This document shows positions 28,406 through 36,986 of a DNA stretch of 64,000 bases, piece after piece. The position numbers and the translations under genes are program-made. Source of the DNA: a virus (Duplodnaviria > Caudoviricetes); IMG/VR virus record IMGVR_UViG_2747842506_000001, positions 1 through 64,000 of that record; one strand, given 5' to 3'. Below the pieces are notes generated by a model that did not search any database, was not told the DNA's origin, and saw only the letters and a list, made by a program, of their open reading frames with translations. The stretch's first letter is position 1. Each line of letters starts with the position of its first letter.

Positions 28406-28603
28406 TTATCCAACGTAGTGGGAATCCTTTTTATTTCCGTTTTCATCATAAACTTCAATCCAACCATTTGCCTTTATTGAAACGGTTGTCGATGTGAATC
28501 CTTGGAGATGATCACCACTCCCAAGGTAAATGGATGCTGATCGATTATTATTTTCATCATAAATTTCAACCCAGCCATTATGTTCGTATGCAGTAGAAAT
28601 CAT
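28406..28603 (-). CDS. Small protein with duplicated NGWxExYDEN repeat
   Basis: 65 aa, internal repeat, under promoter copy C. Confidence 0.65.
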   Translation of the reverse strand: MISTAYEHNGWVEIYDENNNRSASIYLGSGDHLQGFTSTTVSIKANGWIEVYDENGNKKDSHYVG

Positions 28604-28690
28604 GTTTAACCTTCTTATTCAAAGCCTCTTTTGCAGATGCTGTGGTTGAGGCTGACCGAACAGCACTGCAGAATATTTTTCTGCATTTCC

Positions 28691-28786
28691 TAATGTAAAC
28701 AAAAAAAACATTGTCAAGCTTTTTTTGATTTTTCCTCAAAAAAGTTGTTGATAGATGAAAAAATCCACCGTTTCTGGTGGATTTTC
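28691..28786 (-). promoter_or_regulatory. Terminator + repeated moron promoter, copy C
   Basis: About 95-bp near-copy of 28063-28158 with T8 tract. Confidence 0.65.
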
Positions 28787-28790
28787 TGCG

Positions 28791-29228
28791 TCATTTGAAC
28801 AGTTTCTGTCCTCTGGGTGTTCCAACAGTCCAGCCGACATGAATGAACTTAATGGTCGAGGATTTGTCCCCGGCTTTTTTGTTATACATAATCAACTGGT
28901 CAATCTGCATTTCCTTCATCTTGCTTTCCAGAAGCGCATAAAGCTCGCGATTGTCGCTCTCCTTTCCGGAATAGGCGCAAATGTCCGCTGCAAGCGCCTG
29001 CAGGTGCATGGAAGTCTTTGAACCGTCCACAGCTTCATTTACCAGCCTGGAACGGTACACGCTGTTTACGCGGATGGCGCGTCCAAACAGGTTTCTTACA
29101 GTTTGAAGTCTCTTGGCTGTTTCCAGAACATTTTCCAGCTGCTCAAGGGTTGAGGGAAAGTTTGGGAGACCTGTGTTCGTCACCAGCATTTCAGCCAGCG
29201 TGAAGTTCTTTATTTCCTTGGCGATCAT
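28791..29228 (-). CDS. Endolysin, peptidase M15A family
   Basis: NFTLAE, I.VNS.YR...N.AV.G...S.H....AADI, FIHV. Confidence 0.85.
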   Translation of the reverse strand: MIAKEIKNFTLAEMLVTNTGLPNFPSTLEQLENVLETAKRLQTVRNLFGRAIRVNSVYRSRLVNEAVDGSKTSMHLQALAADICAYSGKESDNRELYALLESKMKEMQIDQLIMYNKKAGDKSSTIKFIHVGWTVGTPRGQKLFK

Positions 29229-29680
29229 ACTTTCTCCATCGTGACAAGTTTTGAACATTTGAGGTTATCGTCACCCCAGTGCAGACAGGCGAACCATTCC
29301 AGTGCCTTATCGGCACAGCCAGCCTTGAAACGGCTTATTCCGGAAATACGGAGGATGCCTCGGAAGATGCTGTCGCATTGCTCCCGCGAGAAAACGCCAA
29401 AACCTTTGTTTCCGTAAAGTGCATCGTGAATGATGCCTGCCCAGTTGTAGATTTTGTTGTTATCATCCCAGCTAGGCAAGAACCATTGGAAAATCTTGGG
29501 AACACTTAAACCGTCGCATTTATAGTCTGGCTTGAACTTGAATATGACCTTGTATTCCTTTCCGTCCAGCGTGTACGAAACGCAGACTTTCGTTGCGATT
29601 TGCAGCAAATAGCAATCACGTTTCTTTAGCCAGCAGGTCGGAGGGGCCTCGATTGCCGTTACATGGAGTTCCTGTTTCAC
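29225..29680 (-). CDS. DUF1353-family phage protein
   Basis: DGLSVP, A.IIHDALY, R...D.IF. Confidence 0.75.
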   Translation of the reverse strand: MKQELHVTAIEAPPTCWLKKRDCYLLQIATKVCVSYTLDGKEYKVIFKFKPDYKCDGLSVPKIFQWFLPSWDDNNKIYNWAGIIHDALYGNKGFGVFSREQCDSIFRGILRISGISRFKAGCADKALEWFACLHWGDDNLKCSKLVTMEKV

Positions 29681-29937
29681 TTGTGACCCGCCCTTATTTC
29701 TCCGATAAGCTGGTTCAATGATTCGTTCATCCTGTCAATCTTGCTGTCGAGACTCTTGAAATTGGAATCCCCATCATCAAGACGTTTGTCATTATGCTTC
29801 ATGCGTTCCTCAAGAACTGCAAATCTTTCGTCGATGCTTTTCTTTGCCGAGGCAACCTTGCTGTCGGAGTGAAGTGCTTTCACGACAGCGCCTATGGCGG
29901 TGGCTACCGCGCCTACGTCAAGTCCTGTAATTTCCAT
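29677..29937 (-). CDS. Holin-like / coiled-coil lysis-module protein
   Basis: N-terminal hydrophobic segment plus coiled coil, upstream of lysin. Confidence 0.5.
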   Translation of the reverse strand: MEITGLDVGAVATAIGAVVKALHSDSKVASAKKSIDERFAVLEERMKHNDKRLDDGDSNFKSLDSKIDRMNESLNQLIGEIRAGHK

Positions 29938-29946
29938 GGTTGCTCC

Positions 29947-30726
29947 TTACGGAATGACATATCCGCGCCAGCTTACCTGGGGACTTCTGGAACCGCTGAA
30001 ATTGGTGTCGCCTTCCAGCTTGAGATAGAGATTTGAATGGTCCTCGCTACCTCCGAAAGCGTATCTTCCGACGATTCGTCCGTAGTGCCATTCCTGATCC
30101 GTGTAGCCGGAAAAGTCGAAGGAGTCCACAAGATTATTGTTCCTGTCGAACAGCTTCACGACTGCATGGGAAAGCGGATAGGTAGTGATGTTCTTGAATC
30201 CAATGGTAAAGTCATAGAAGCCTCTGTAATACACTGGATTGAACAAGGTAACGTCCGCCAGAACGGTACTTGCGGAACCGCCGCCTGTGATTGTGACGCT
30301 CTTGCTTCCCTTGCTTGCAGAGAAATCGATATTGTCACCGCTTACATTCCAAATCTTGTCGGAGGTGATGGCGTTTTTTGCAATCTTATCTTCCGTGACA
30401 GCGTTGTCCTTTAGCATTTCCGTTGTGATTCGGTTGTCGCGGATTGTTGTGGAAAGCTGTTTGCCTCCTCGCGTATCAATGACAGAAAACCAGATATCGC
30501 CATGACGATGCTCCGGGCTGTCCGACAGGGAAAATTTCTGTTCAAGGGGGGCTGGGTATTCATCCTCGGAATTGACGATTACCTTGGCACAATGCAGCTG
30601 CAGTCTGGAAAGTTTCAGCTTTCTATCTCGGTTGCTTCCACTTCCATGGACGATGTAGATGAGGTCGTTTTCGGAAAGTTCGCCAGCGTCCAACAGTTCC
30701 AAAAGGGTTGTAATATTTTCTGCCAT
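29947..30726 (-). CDS. Probable tail fibre / receptor-binding protein
   Basis: Position after baseplate; ITTEMLKDNAVTEDKIAKNAITSDKI repeats. Confidence 0.6.
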   Translation of the reverse strand: MAENITTLLELLDAGELSENDLIYIVHGSGSNRDRKLKLSRLQLHCAKVIVNSEDEYPAPLEQKFSLSDSPEHRHGDIWFSVIDTRGGKQLSTTIRDNRITTEMLKDNAVTEDKIAKNAITSDKIWNVSGDNIDFSASKGSKSVTITGGGSASTVLADVTLFNPVYYRGFYDFTIGFKNITTYPLSHAVVKLFDRNNNLVDSFDFSGYTDQEWHYGRIVGRYAFGGSEDHSNLYLKLEGDTNFSGSRSPQVSWRGYVIP

Positions 30727-30741
30727 TATGAAGTCTCCTTG

Positions 30742-31809
30742 CTACACGTCGGAAGCGCCGAAGGAAATGAATGGAATCTTTGCGGCTGTGTTGAAAGAAC
30801 CGTTGATGGGGTCCATGAAGTCAACGCTGTTGCCGAGGGTTGATTCCAGGTTCTGACGGAGGTCAAAATCGTAGAGGTAGTTCGCGTTCTCGCGATCTTT
30901 TGCCGCGAGCTGTACGCCGACAGACCAGACTTGGACTATGTAGCGGGTGTTTCGCTTGATCTTGAGCGTTCCCTGCGATGTTTCTCTCATGTCAAAAGAA
31001 CAGAACTGCGTCCCGCTGGTAAAATCCTTGCCGACGTGGCGCAGACCTGTATGGCCCAGCAGATTACCCCTTGTGTCAAAGACCCCGATGCAGAGGCAGG
31101 CCCAGTCAAGGACGCTTCCAGCAAGAGCGATGGTGCATTTGGTGATGGAACCCTGGGCGTCCGAAATTCTCATGCACTGGTAAATTTTAGCGTTGCAATA
31201 GCTGTAGGAACGGAACTCGTTATCGCCCCATTCTAGTTCCTCGAAGCCATCTTGAAGCCCGTAGGCGCCATAGTTGTTTGTGTTGCTGTCAATCTCGCTT
31301 TCCGGCATTGTGGTGAGTTTCGGGTCACTTTCTCCCGTCAAGTTCAGTCCGATGCGTAAAGTGCCGTTCATGGGCGTAAGCGTGATTTCGTCCGCGTCAG
31401 AAACGAGAATGTCTTTCAGGAAGCCAGCGACAGAATCTTCGTCGATGGAAACCTTGTGATCGCCGGAAGTAGAAACATCATCTTCCCAATGGATTCCGTT
31501 TGGTCCGCCAATCTTGAGAACCTTCATGTCCTGGATTCCGGGAACGTCAATTTTGGGTACTAGGTAGCCAGCGACAACTCCGCCGACATTCAGCTGGATA
31601 ACGGTAGGTGTTCGGACAGTATTCACGCTTACGTCCCCATGGACGGTGGGGGCGTAGGTGCTGGAGGAATAAGTCGCCAGCGAGGCGAACTGTGCGACCG
31701 GAACCTTGAAAGTTTTTCCGTCAATGCTTACGGGAACGTAGCCCTGCGCCTTGATCTCCGCGAGGGTGCTTTCTTCCAGCTCTAAAATCTTGACATTTTC
31801 TTCCGTCAT
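30742..31809 (-). CDS. Probable tail fibre protein
   Basis: Position after DUF2612 gene; KVSID.D..AGFL.D linker motif. Confidence 0.55.
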   Translation of the reverse strand: MTEENVKILELEESTLAEIKAQGYVPVSIDGKTFKVPVAQFASLATYSSSTYAPTVHGDVSVNTVRTPTVIQLNVGGVVAGYLVPKIDVPGIQDMKVLKIGGPNGIHWEDDVSTSGDHKVSIDEDSVAGFLKDILVSDADEITLTPMNGTLRIGLNLTGESDPKLTTMPESEIDSNTNNYGAYGLQDGFEELEWGDNEFRSYSYCNAKIYQCMRISDAQGSITKCTIALAGSVLDWACLCIGVFDTRGNLLGHTGLRHVGKDFTSGTQFCSFDMRETSQGTLKIKRNTRYIVQVWSVGVQLAAKDRENANYLYDFDLRQNLESTLGNSVDFMDPINGSFNTAAKIPFISFGASDV

Positions 31810-31818
31810 TTTCTGTTC

Positions 31819-32439
31819 CTATAGGATGAAGTGCCTGCCATCTTCCGTTAGCAGGGGCAATCCCTGTTCGCTTGAGAGGTATCCGTTGTCGATGATGTTC
31901 TTGTCCTGTGCGACAGCGAGAATGAGCTTGTGTGGCTGTTCCACCGTTGCGAGCGCCTTTCCGGAAGTCAGTCTGAATGAAGCTCCGGGTAAGCCAAGGA
32001 CGCCCGCAGGCGCCAACGAGGCGACAGTCTTGCGACTTAACTGTTTTCCCTTGGGTGTATAGACGAAAAAGACGCCATCAACCTCGTCAAGGTATTGCGG
32101 GTTTCTGTCCTTTGATAGGTCCGCCGCATTCTGGATGATGTTCTGGGGCGTTCCCGCGGTACTCTGCTTGAAAAGGATTTTCAGCCTGTCGCGGTAGCTT
32201 TTGTCACTTTCGCCATCATCGCGCGGCAGGTTTCGCAGTTTTCCGATAATATCAAGCCAGTTCCCGTCAGCTTCTTCGATATTCGCGAAGTTCGCAAGTC
32301 TGTAGGAGCTGTCCTCGATGTCCTGAAAACAGTTGGTCACCTTCTCTATCATGGAGAGAAGGTTGGTGGATTCCTTGTACTGGGTGATTACAAGGCTTTG
32401 CAGCTTTTTCCAGAGATTGTCTATATGTTGGAGAGCCAT
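31819..32439 (-). CDS. Baseplate wedge protein (DUF2612-like)
   Basis: TQY, A.G.WLDIIG, D..YR..L, PAGV. Confidence 0.75.
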   Translation of the reverse strand: MALQHIDNLWKKLQSLVITQYKESTNLLSMIEKVTNCFQDIEDSSYRLANFANIEEADGNWLDIIGKLRNLPRDDGESDKSYRDRLKILFKQSTAGTPQNIIQNAADLSKDRNPQYLDEVDGVFFVYTPKGKQLSRKTVASLAPAGVLGLPGASFRLTSGKALATVEQPHKLILAVAQDKNIIDNGYLSSEQGLPLLTEDGRHFIL

Positions 32440-33419
32440 TATCCCTCCAGCGTTACGGAAACGTCCTCTGCAGCGATTGTAACCGTCGTGTCGTCGCTGA
32501 CGGGGATTCTGCTGCTGGACCAGTTCTCGGAATAGACTTGTGCGACCTGGACCGTGATTGCATCCACGCCTGTGATTCCGCTGTAGATCGGGACGCACAT
32601 TCTCTGCGGGATGATATCCTTTCCGCTGGTAAATTCATTTGAAGCCCAGTCTGAAATGAGCTGCTGGATTTTTTCAGCATAGTCTGTGGGTAGGGCTTCC
32701 TCATCATATTGCGTGATGGAGACCTTGACCTTGTAGGCGATGCCCTTGATGAACTGGAAACAGACCTTGTGAAGGAAACCTGCCGCATCCCTGGCAATGC
32801 CGAAGCTGTCTCCTGTTCCCTTGATTCCCGCAGGCTTGCAGTTCCAAATCTTCTGGGCTATATAGCTTTCCACGCTGTTTTCGCGCGTGGCATCCTCAAG
32901 AATGGAAATCCAGTCCTTATCCGTCTGGTCAATCATGTCGGTTGAAAAGCTGGAAGGGACATAGATGGCGAAATGGTGGGGAGGAATACCTTCGGTTTCC
33001 ACGTCCTCGCAGTTTTCCTTGAGGGCGACGCTGGCGGTGATGTTTTCGCGAAGGTAGGTCAGCATCCCGTTTGGAGTAGCCAAGCCCTCAAAGGTCGCCT
33101 GTTCAATTCTTTCACGCAGCGATTCGTCGCTTTCGCCCTCGTTTCGCGTAAGTCCAGCAATGGAGGCGAGCATATCCAGGAACGCGCCTGTTGCTGTGGA
33201 AACGTCGATGTTTGCGCCTACAGTCTGGATCGCCTGGGCAAGTTCCGTGTACATATAGGCGAGAAGGTCCACCAGCATCCCGTCGGGGGCGCTGGGGTCA
33301 AGGTTGATGCCTGCGCCAAAGACTTCCACAAAGGCCGTGGCTATGGCCTGGCGTATTTCACGAAAGCTCTTGATTGAAATTCCGGAATTGCTGTCGATTG
33401 CGACTGCGCCTATCGCCAT
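32439..33419 (-). CDS. Baseplate J-like protein
   Basis: ATG.FLD, ESDESLRER, GIPPH, KPAGI. Confidence 0.85.
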   Translation of the reverse strand: MAIGAVAIDSNSGISIKSFREIRQAIATAFVEVFGAGINLDPSAPDGMLVDLLAYMYTELAQAIQTVGANIDVSTATGAFLDMLASIAGLTRNEGESDESLRERIEQATFEGLATPNGMLTYLRENITASVALKENCEDVETEGIPPHHFAIYVPSSFSTDMIDQTDKDWISILEDATRENSVESYIAQKIWNCKPAGIKGTGDSFGIARDAAGFLHKVCFQFIKGIAYKVKVSITQYDEEALPTDYAEKIQQLISDWASNEFTSGKDIIPQRMCVPIYSGITGVDAITVQVAQVYSENWSSSRIPVSDDTTVTIAAEDVSVTLEG

Positions 33420-33421
33420 AT

Positions 33422-33772
33422 CTAAAACGCTCCGATGATGTATTCATCGTCCTTGCTTCGGACGCTGAACTTTCCGGAAATGTTTCTTCCGTCTGCCTTG
33501 ATTTCTATGGAGACCACCTCCTTGACGCCATCGACTTTTTCGATCTTCTCGCGGAGTATTTTCTGGGCGACGTCAAGATGGTTCATGGGAAGCCCCGCGA
33601 CCTTTTCAAGCCAGGGGACGCCATGCTCTCGGTTCGTGAATGCTTCGCCTTCTTCTGTCCTTAAAAGACAGTGAACCGCCTGCTGGACGCGCTTCTGCAT
33701 ACGCGAAATGCGGCAGATATGGTCTCCTTGCAGGAAAATGTCGTGGGAACTGTTGAGGGCCAATTCATTCAT
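33422..33772 (-). CDS. Baseplate wedge / sheath initiator (gp25-like)
   Basis: L.T..GE.F.N..HGVPW; directly upstream of baseplate J. Confidence 0.7.
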   Translation of the reverse strand: MNELALNSSHDIFLQGDHICRISRMQKRVQQAVHCLLRTEEGEAFTNREHGVPWLEKVAGLPMNHLDVAQKILREKIEKVDGVKEVVSIEIKADGRNISGKFSVRSKDDEYIIGAF

Positions 33773-33841
33773 TCCCCCTAAATTAGGCACGAAAAAGGCG
33801 CCCCTCAATGGAGCGCCAAACTAAGCCAAAAGACACCAAAA

Positions 33842-33893
33842 TTTGAGAAAAATTCAAAAAGGACTTGACAATGTTTTTTTTTGTTTACATTTG
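33842..33893 (+). promoter_or_regulatory. Repeated moron promoter, copy D (separated from its gene by ISL3)
   Basis: tttgagaaaaattcaaaaaggacTTGACAatg(T9)gttTACATT. Confidence 0.65.
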
Positions 33894-33923
33894 AATGGTG
33901 GATGAAAAATTACCAAAATAATT

Positions 33924-35391
33924 GGCTCTTCATCAACATGTGTGGGTGGCTTCGCCACCCTTTTTTGTTGACTTTAGCCTAAATTAAACAAAAAATGGGC
34001 TATTTTCTAAAATTTAATCGCAAAAAAAAACAGAAGAAAAAAGCCCATGTCAAAATTATACAAATCCATCTTCAATGTCAACGGCTGTACTGTCGTCAAG
34101 CAGGAGCAAACCGACACCACGGTCACCATCACGGTAAGACTCACCAAGGGCAACGCCAGCAGGTGCGGCTGTTGCGGGCGAAAAGGGAAACTCTACGACA
34201 ACGGCCGGGAACAGAGGATATGGCGGACGCTCGATCTCGGCACGAAAATGGGCTTCATCAAGATGGACACCTACAGGGTGAAGTGCAGGAAGTGCGGCGT
34301 AAAAACCGTGAAGGTGCCGTGGGCAAGCCACAGGTCAGGCTTCACCGACGCCTTCGAGCAGCAGGTCGCATGGGCCGTATGCAGCATGTCGAAAAAGGCT
34401 GTCGCAAAGCAGCTACGCATCGCCTGGAATACCGTGGGAGAAATCGCCGACCGCGTATGGGAACGCCTGGACACAAGGCCTATCAAGGCAGGCTGCATCT
34501 TCAGGCGCATAGGCATCGACGAGACCAGCTACAAGAAAGGGCACAAGTACATAACGGTGGTAGTGGATCACGACAGGCGCTGCGTGATCTGGGTGCACGA
34601 GGGCTACGGGAAGGAGGTGCTGGACATCTTCATGAGGGATCTCAGCGAAGAGCAGCGCAAGGGCGTGGAGCTTGTGACTTGTGATGGCGCCAAGTGGATA
34701 AGGTCAAGCATCGAGGAGTTCCTGCCCAATGCCGAACGGTGCGTGGACAGCTTCCATGTCGTGCAGTGGGCGACGGATGCCCTGGACAAGGTCCGTGTGG
34801 AAGCCTGGAGGGAGGCCCGCAAGGAACGCTGCAATCCAAAACGGGGCCGAGGCAGGCCCACGAAGGACAGCGTCCCGAAGGACCGCACCGCGGAGGGGAT
34901 AAAGAACTCCAGGTACGCTCTGGGCAAGGCTCCGGAAAACCTTAACGAAAGCCAGCAGAGAAAAATAGAGCTCATAGCCAGCCGCTATCCGCGTCTCTAC
35001 AGGGCATACCAGCTCAAGGAGGAGCTGCGCATCATCCTGAAGATGGGCTATGCCGATGCCAGGGAAAATCTGGACAGGTGGCTGTGGCGGGCAAGTCACT
35101 CACGCATCGGCCCAGTAAAGGATCTGTACGCAAAGATCAAGCGCAACTACGACGGAATCCTCAACACAATCAGGCTAGGCGTGTCAAACGCAAGGATCGA
35201 GGCGACGAACAACAAGATAAAGCTACTGATACGGACTGCCTATGGCTTCAGGAATATGAACAACATGCTGTCGCTGATAATGTTGAGCTGTTCCTATGTA
35301 GATGTAAAGATAGCCTACGAATGGGAATCGGAATCGAGAGAATCATCTAGCAAGGCTGCCTAAATGCTTCCACACATGTTGATGATGCCTC
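33924..35391 (+). mobile_element. ISL3-family IS, copy 3
   Basis: Same ends; 8-bp TSD AAATAATT. Confidence 0.95.
34047..35363 (+). CDS. ISL3 transposase
   Basis: Near-identical to copy 1 (ERCN / GP variant). Confidence 0.95.
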   Translation: MSKLYKSIFNVNGCTVVKQEQTDTTVTITVRLTKGNASRCGCCGRKGKLYDNGREQRIWRTLDLGTKMGFIKMDTYRVKCRKCGVKTVKVPWASHRSGFTDAFEQQVAWAVCSMSKKAVAKQLRIAWNTVGEIADRVWERLDTRPIKAGCIFRRIGIDETSYKKGHKYITVVVDHDRRCVIWVHEGYGKEVLDIFMRDLSEEQRKGVELVTCDGAKWIRSSIEEFLPNAERCVDSFHVVQWATDALDKVRVEAWREARKERCNPKRGRGRPTKDSVPKDRTAEGIKNSRYALGKAPENLNESQQRKIELIASRYPRLYRAYQLKEELRIILKMGYADARENLDRWLWRASHSRIGPVKDLYAKIKRNYDGILNTIRLGVSNARIEATNNKIKLLIRTAYGFRNMNNMLSLIMLSCSYVDVKIAYEWESESRESSSKAA

Positions 35392-35421
35392 AAATAATTG
35401 CAAAAAAATAGAGGATTGAAT

Positions 35422-35571
35422 ATGGGATTCTTCAAGTTATTAGTCGCCATTGGAGCTGCCGCATACGGAATTTCCCCGGTAGACATAATTCCCGATGTCG
35501 TTCCAGTTGTTGGCTGGGCGGATGATGTGGGGGTGATTTTGACTGCATTAGCTATTATAGCGAAAGCGTAG
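35422..35571 (+). CDS. YkvA / DUF1232-family small membrane protein
   Basis: Manually translated: ...AYGISPVDIIPDVVPVVGWADD...; RBS GAGG. Confidence 0.85.
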   Translation: MGFFKLLVAIGAAAYGISPVDIIPDVVPVVGWADDVGVILTALAIIAKA

Positions 35572-35591
35572 AAAATAATATATATTAGGGA

Positions 35592-35698
35592 TGAAGAACG
35601 TACTGAGTTAGTGGGACGAGGTTATCCACTTGAGCCAACTACTTCTTGAAAGCAAGTGCCTGTATGCAGGAGTTTACCGCCCTGCCTTACGTTCTTCA
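35592..35698 (+). ncRNA. Structured ncRNA, four-way junction, copy 1
   Basis: 11-bp closing stem TGAAGAACGTA/TACGTTCTTCA, three internal hairpins, TATATT upstream, terminator 35709-35736. Confidence 0.75.
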
Positions 35699-35872
35699 CT
35701 TTATTATAAAAGACGTTCCTGATGGAGCGCCTTTTTGTATGATTTTTTTTAACGTTAAATGCCTAGCAAACCCGCATTAAACAAGGGTTTCGTTTTCTTT
35801 ATGTTTTATAGGGGCTGTTTTTGAACCTGGATAAATCTTGATTTTCTCCAAGGAAAGTGGTATATTAGTGGT

Positions 35873-35970
35873 ATAGGATATGCAAGTAAGCGTAAAGTCC
35901 GAAACGCTTGGGAATCTCTAGGAAACTAGAACTTCGTATGGTGAGGTAACGGGCCACCTGCATGTCCTAT
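35873..35970 (+). ncRNA. Structured ncRNA, four-way junction, divergent copy
   Basis: Closing stem ATAGGATATGCA/TGCATGTCCTAT; hairpins AAGCGT/ACGCTT, TCTAG-GAAA-CTAGA, GGTG/CACC; promoter TTGATT-17-TATATT. Confidence 0.7.
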
Positions 35971-36089
35971 TTTGTTTTATTTAGGTTGTTTTGATGCTTA
36001 GGTAAATCTTAGGGTGATTTTCACCTTTTTGTCGTCAATTTCTGTAGTGACCATTTGCATTTCTCTAAGAAAAGTGGTATGTTGATGGT

Positions 36090-36200
36090 TGAAGAACGTA
36101 TGAGTTAGTGGAAAGAGGTTTACCACTTCGGAAGCTAAGCTTTTTGAACGAAGCCACAGTACCGTATGCAAGAGTTCGCCGCCTTGTCTTACGTTCTTCA
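36090..36200 (+). ncRNA. Structured ncRNA, four-way junction, copy 2
   Basis: Same closing stem as copy 1 with compensatory changes inside; promoter TTGCAT-17-TATGTT; terminator 36210-36240. Confidence 0.75.
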
Positions 36201-36245
36201 CTTTATTATAAAAGACGTTCTTGATGGAGCGTCTTTTTTTGTATA

Positions 36246-36940
36246 ACTGAAAACTACCGGCTAGGCCGGTAGTTCCGTAAAAGCCTTCTGGCGGTCATGA
36301 AAAAAGAAATCCTTTGATTAATATTGAAATGCGGTCTGCCAACTGCATCACAATAAAATCAAAGGATTTAAAATGAATGATAGAAATAAATCAACAGCCC
36401 ATACCACATGGAATTGTAAGTACCATATCGTGTTCGCACCCAAGTTTAGAAGGAAAATTCTATACAATCAGAAACGAGAGCTTGTAGGAAGAATTCTCAG
36501 AAAATTGTGCGAATGGAAAGATGTGGAAATAATAGAGGCCGAAGTCTGTCCAGACCATATTCACATGCTGGTCGCCATACCGCCGAAACTCTCCGTTTCG
36601 AGTTTCATGGGGTATTTGAAAGGAAAGAGCAGCCTGGAATTGTATGACACGATTCCTGAATTGCAGAATAAGTACAGGAACCGAGTCTTTTGGTGCCGAG
36701 GATATTATGTTGACACGGCAGGAAAAAACGCAGACCGAATTAAGGCGTATATCCGGCAACAGTTAGAGGAGGACAAACTAGGAGAACAACAGTCAATGTT
36801 TGGCAAGTAGTGCCCGTTTACGGGCGGCCTAGTAAGGACCCTAGCAGGTGGCAGATCGACGTGCGTGCCCTTGCACGCAGCTAGTATTGTAGGGCTACGC
36901 CCGTATATGAAGAACCACCGGCTTCGCCGGTGGGTGCCTT
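36246..36940 (+). mobile_element. IS200/IS605-family element (tnpA only)
   Basis: Terminal hairpins aactaccggc-tag-gccggtagtt and accggc-ttc-gccggt; ends approximate. Confidence 0.85.
36373..36810 (+). CDS. tnpA: IS200 Y1 (HUH) transposase
   Basis: YHIVFAPKFRR, DHIHML, GYLKGKSS, FWCRGYYVDT. Confidence 0.95.
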   Translation: MNDRNKSTAHTTWNCKYHIVFAPKFRRKILYNQKRELVGRILRKLCEWKDVEIIEAEVCPDHIHMLVAIPPKLSVSSFMGYLKGKSSLELYDTIPELQNKYRNRVFWCRGYYVDTAGKNADRIKAYIRQQLEEDKLGEQQSMFGK

Positions 36941-36986
36941 TTTTGTTTAAATCGGTATTTTTTGAGATTAGGGAAATCTTTTGTCC

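Noticed and set aside
29947-31809. Diversity-generating retroelement or invertible tail-fibre switch
   Set aside because: No reverse transcriptase, template/variable repeat pair, invertase or flanking inverted repeats found
35592-36200. Cloverleaf RNAs as tRNA genes or a CRISPR array
   Set aside because: Closing stems are 11-12 bp, with no canonical anticodon arm, TTCRANY loop or CCA end; no repeat-spacer periodicity and no cas genes
36246-36940. IS605-type TnpB/omegaRNA explanation for the adjacent RNAs
   Set aside because: The element encodes only TnpA; the RNAs lie outside its left-end hairpin and have their own terminators
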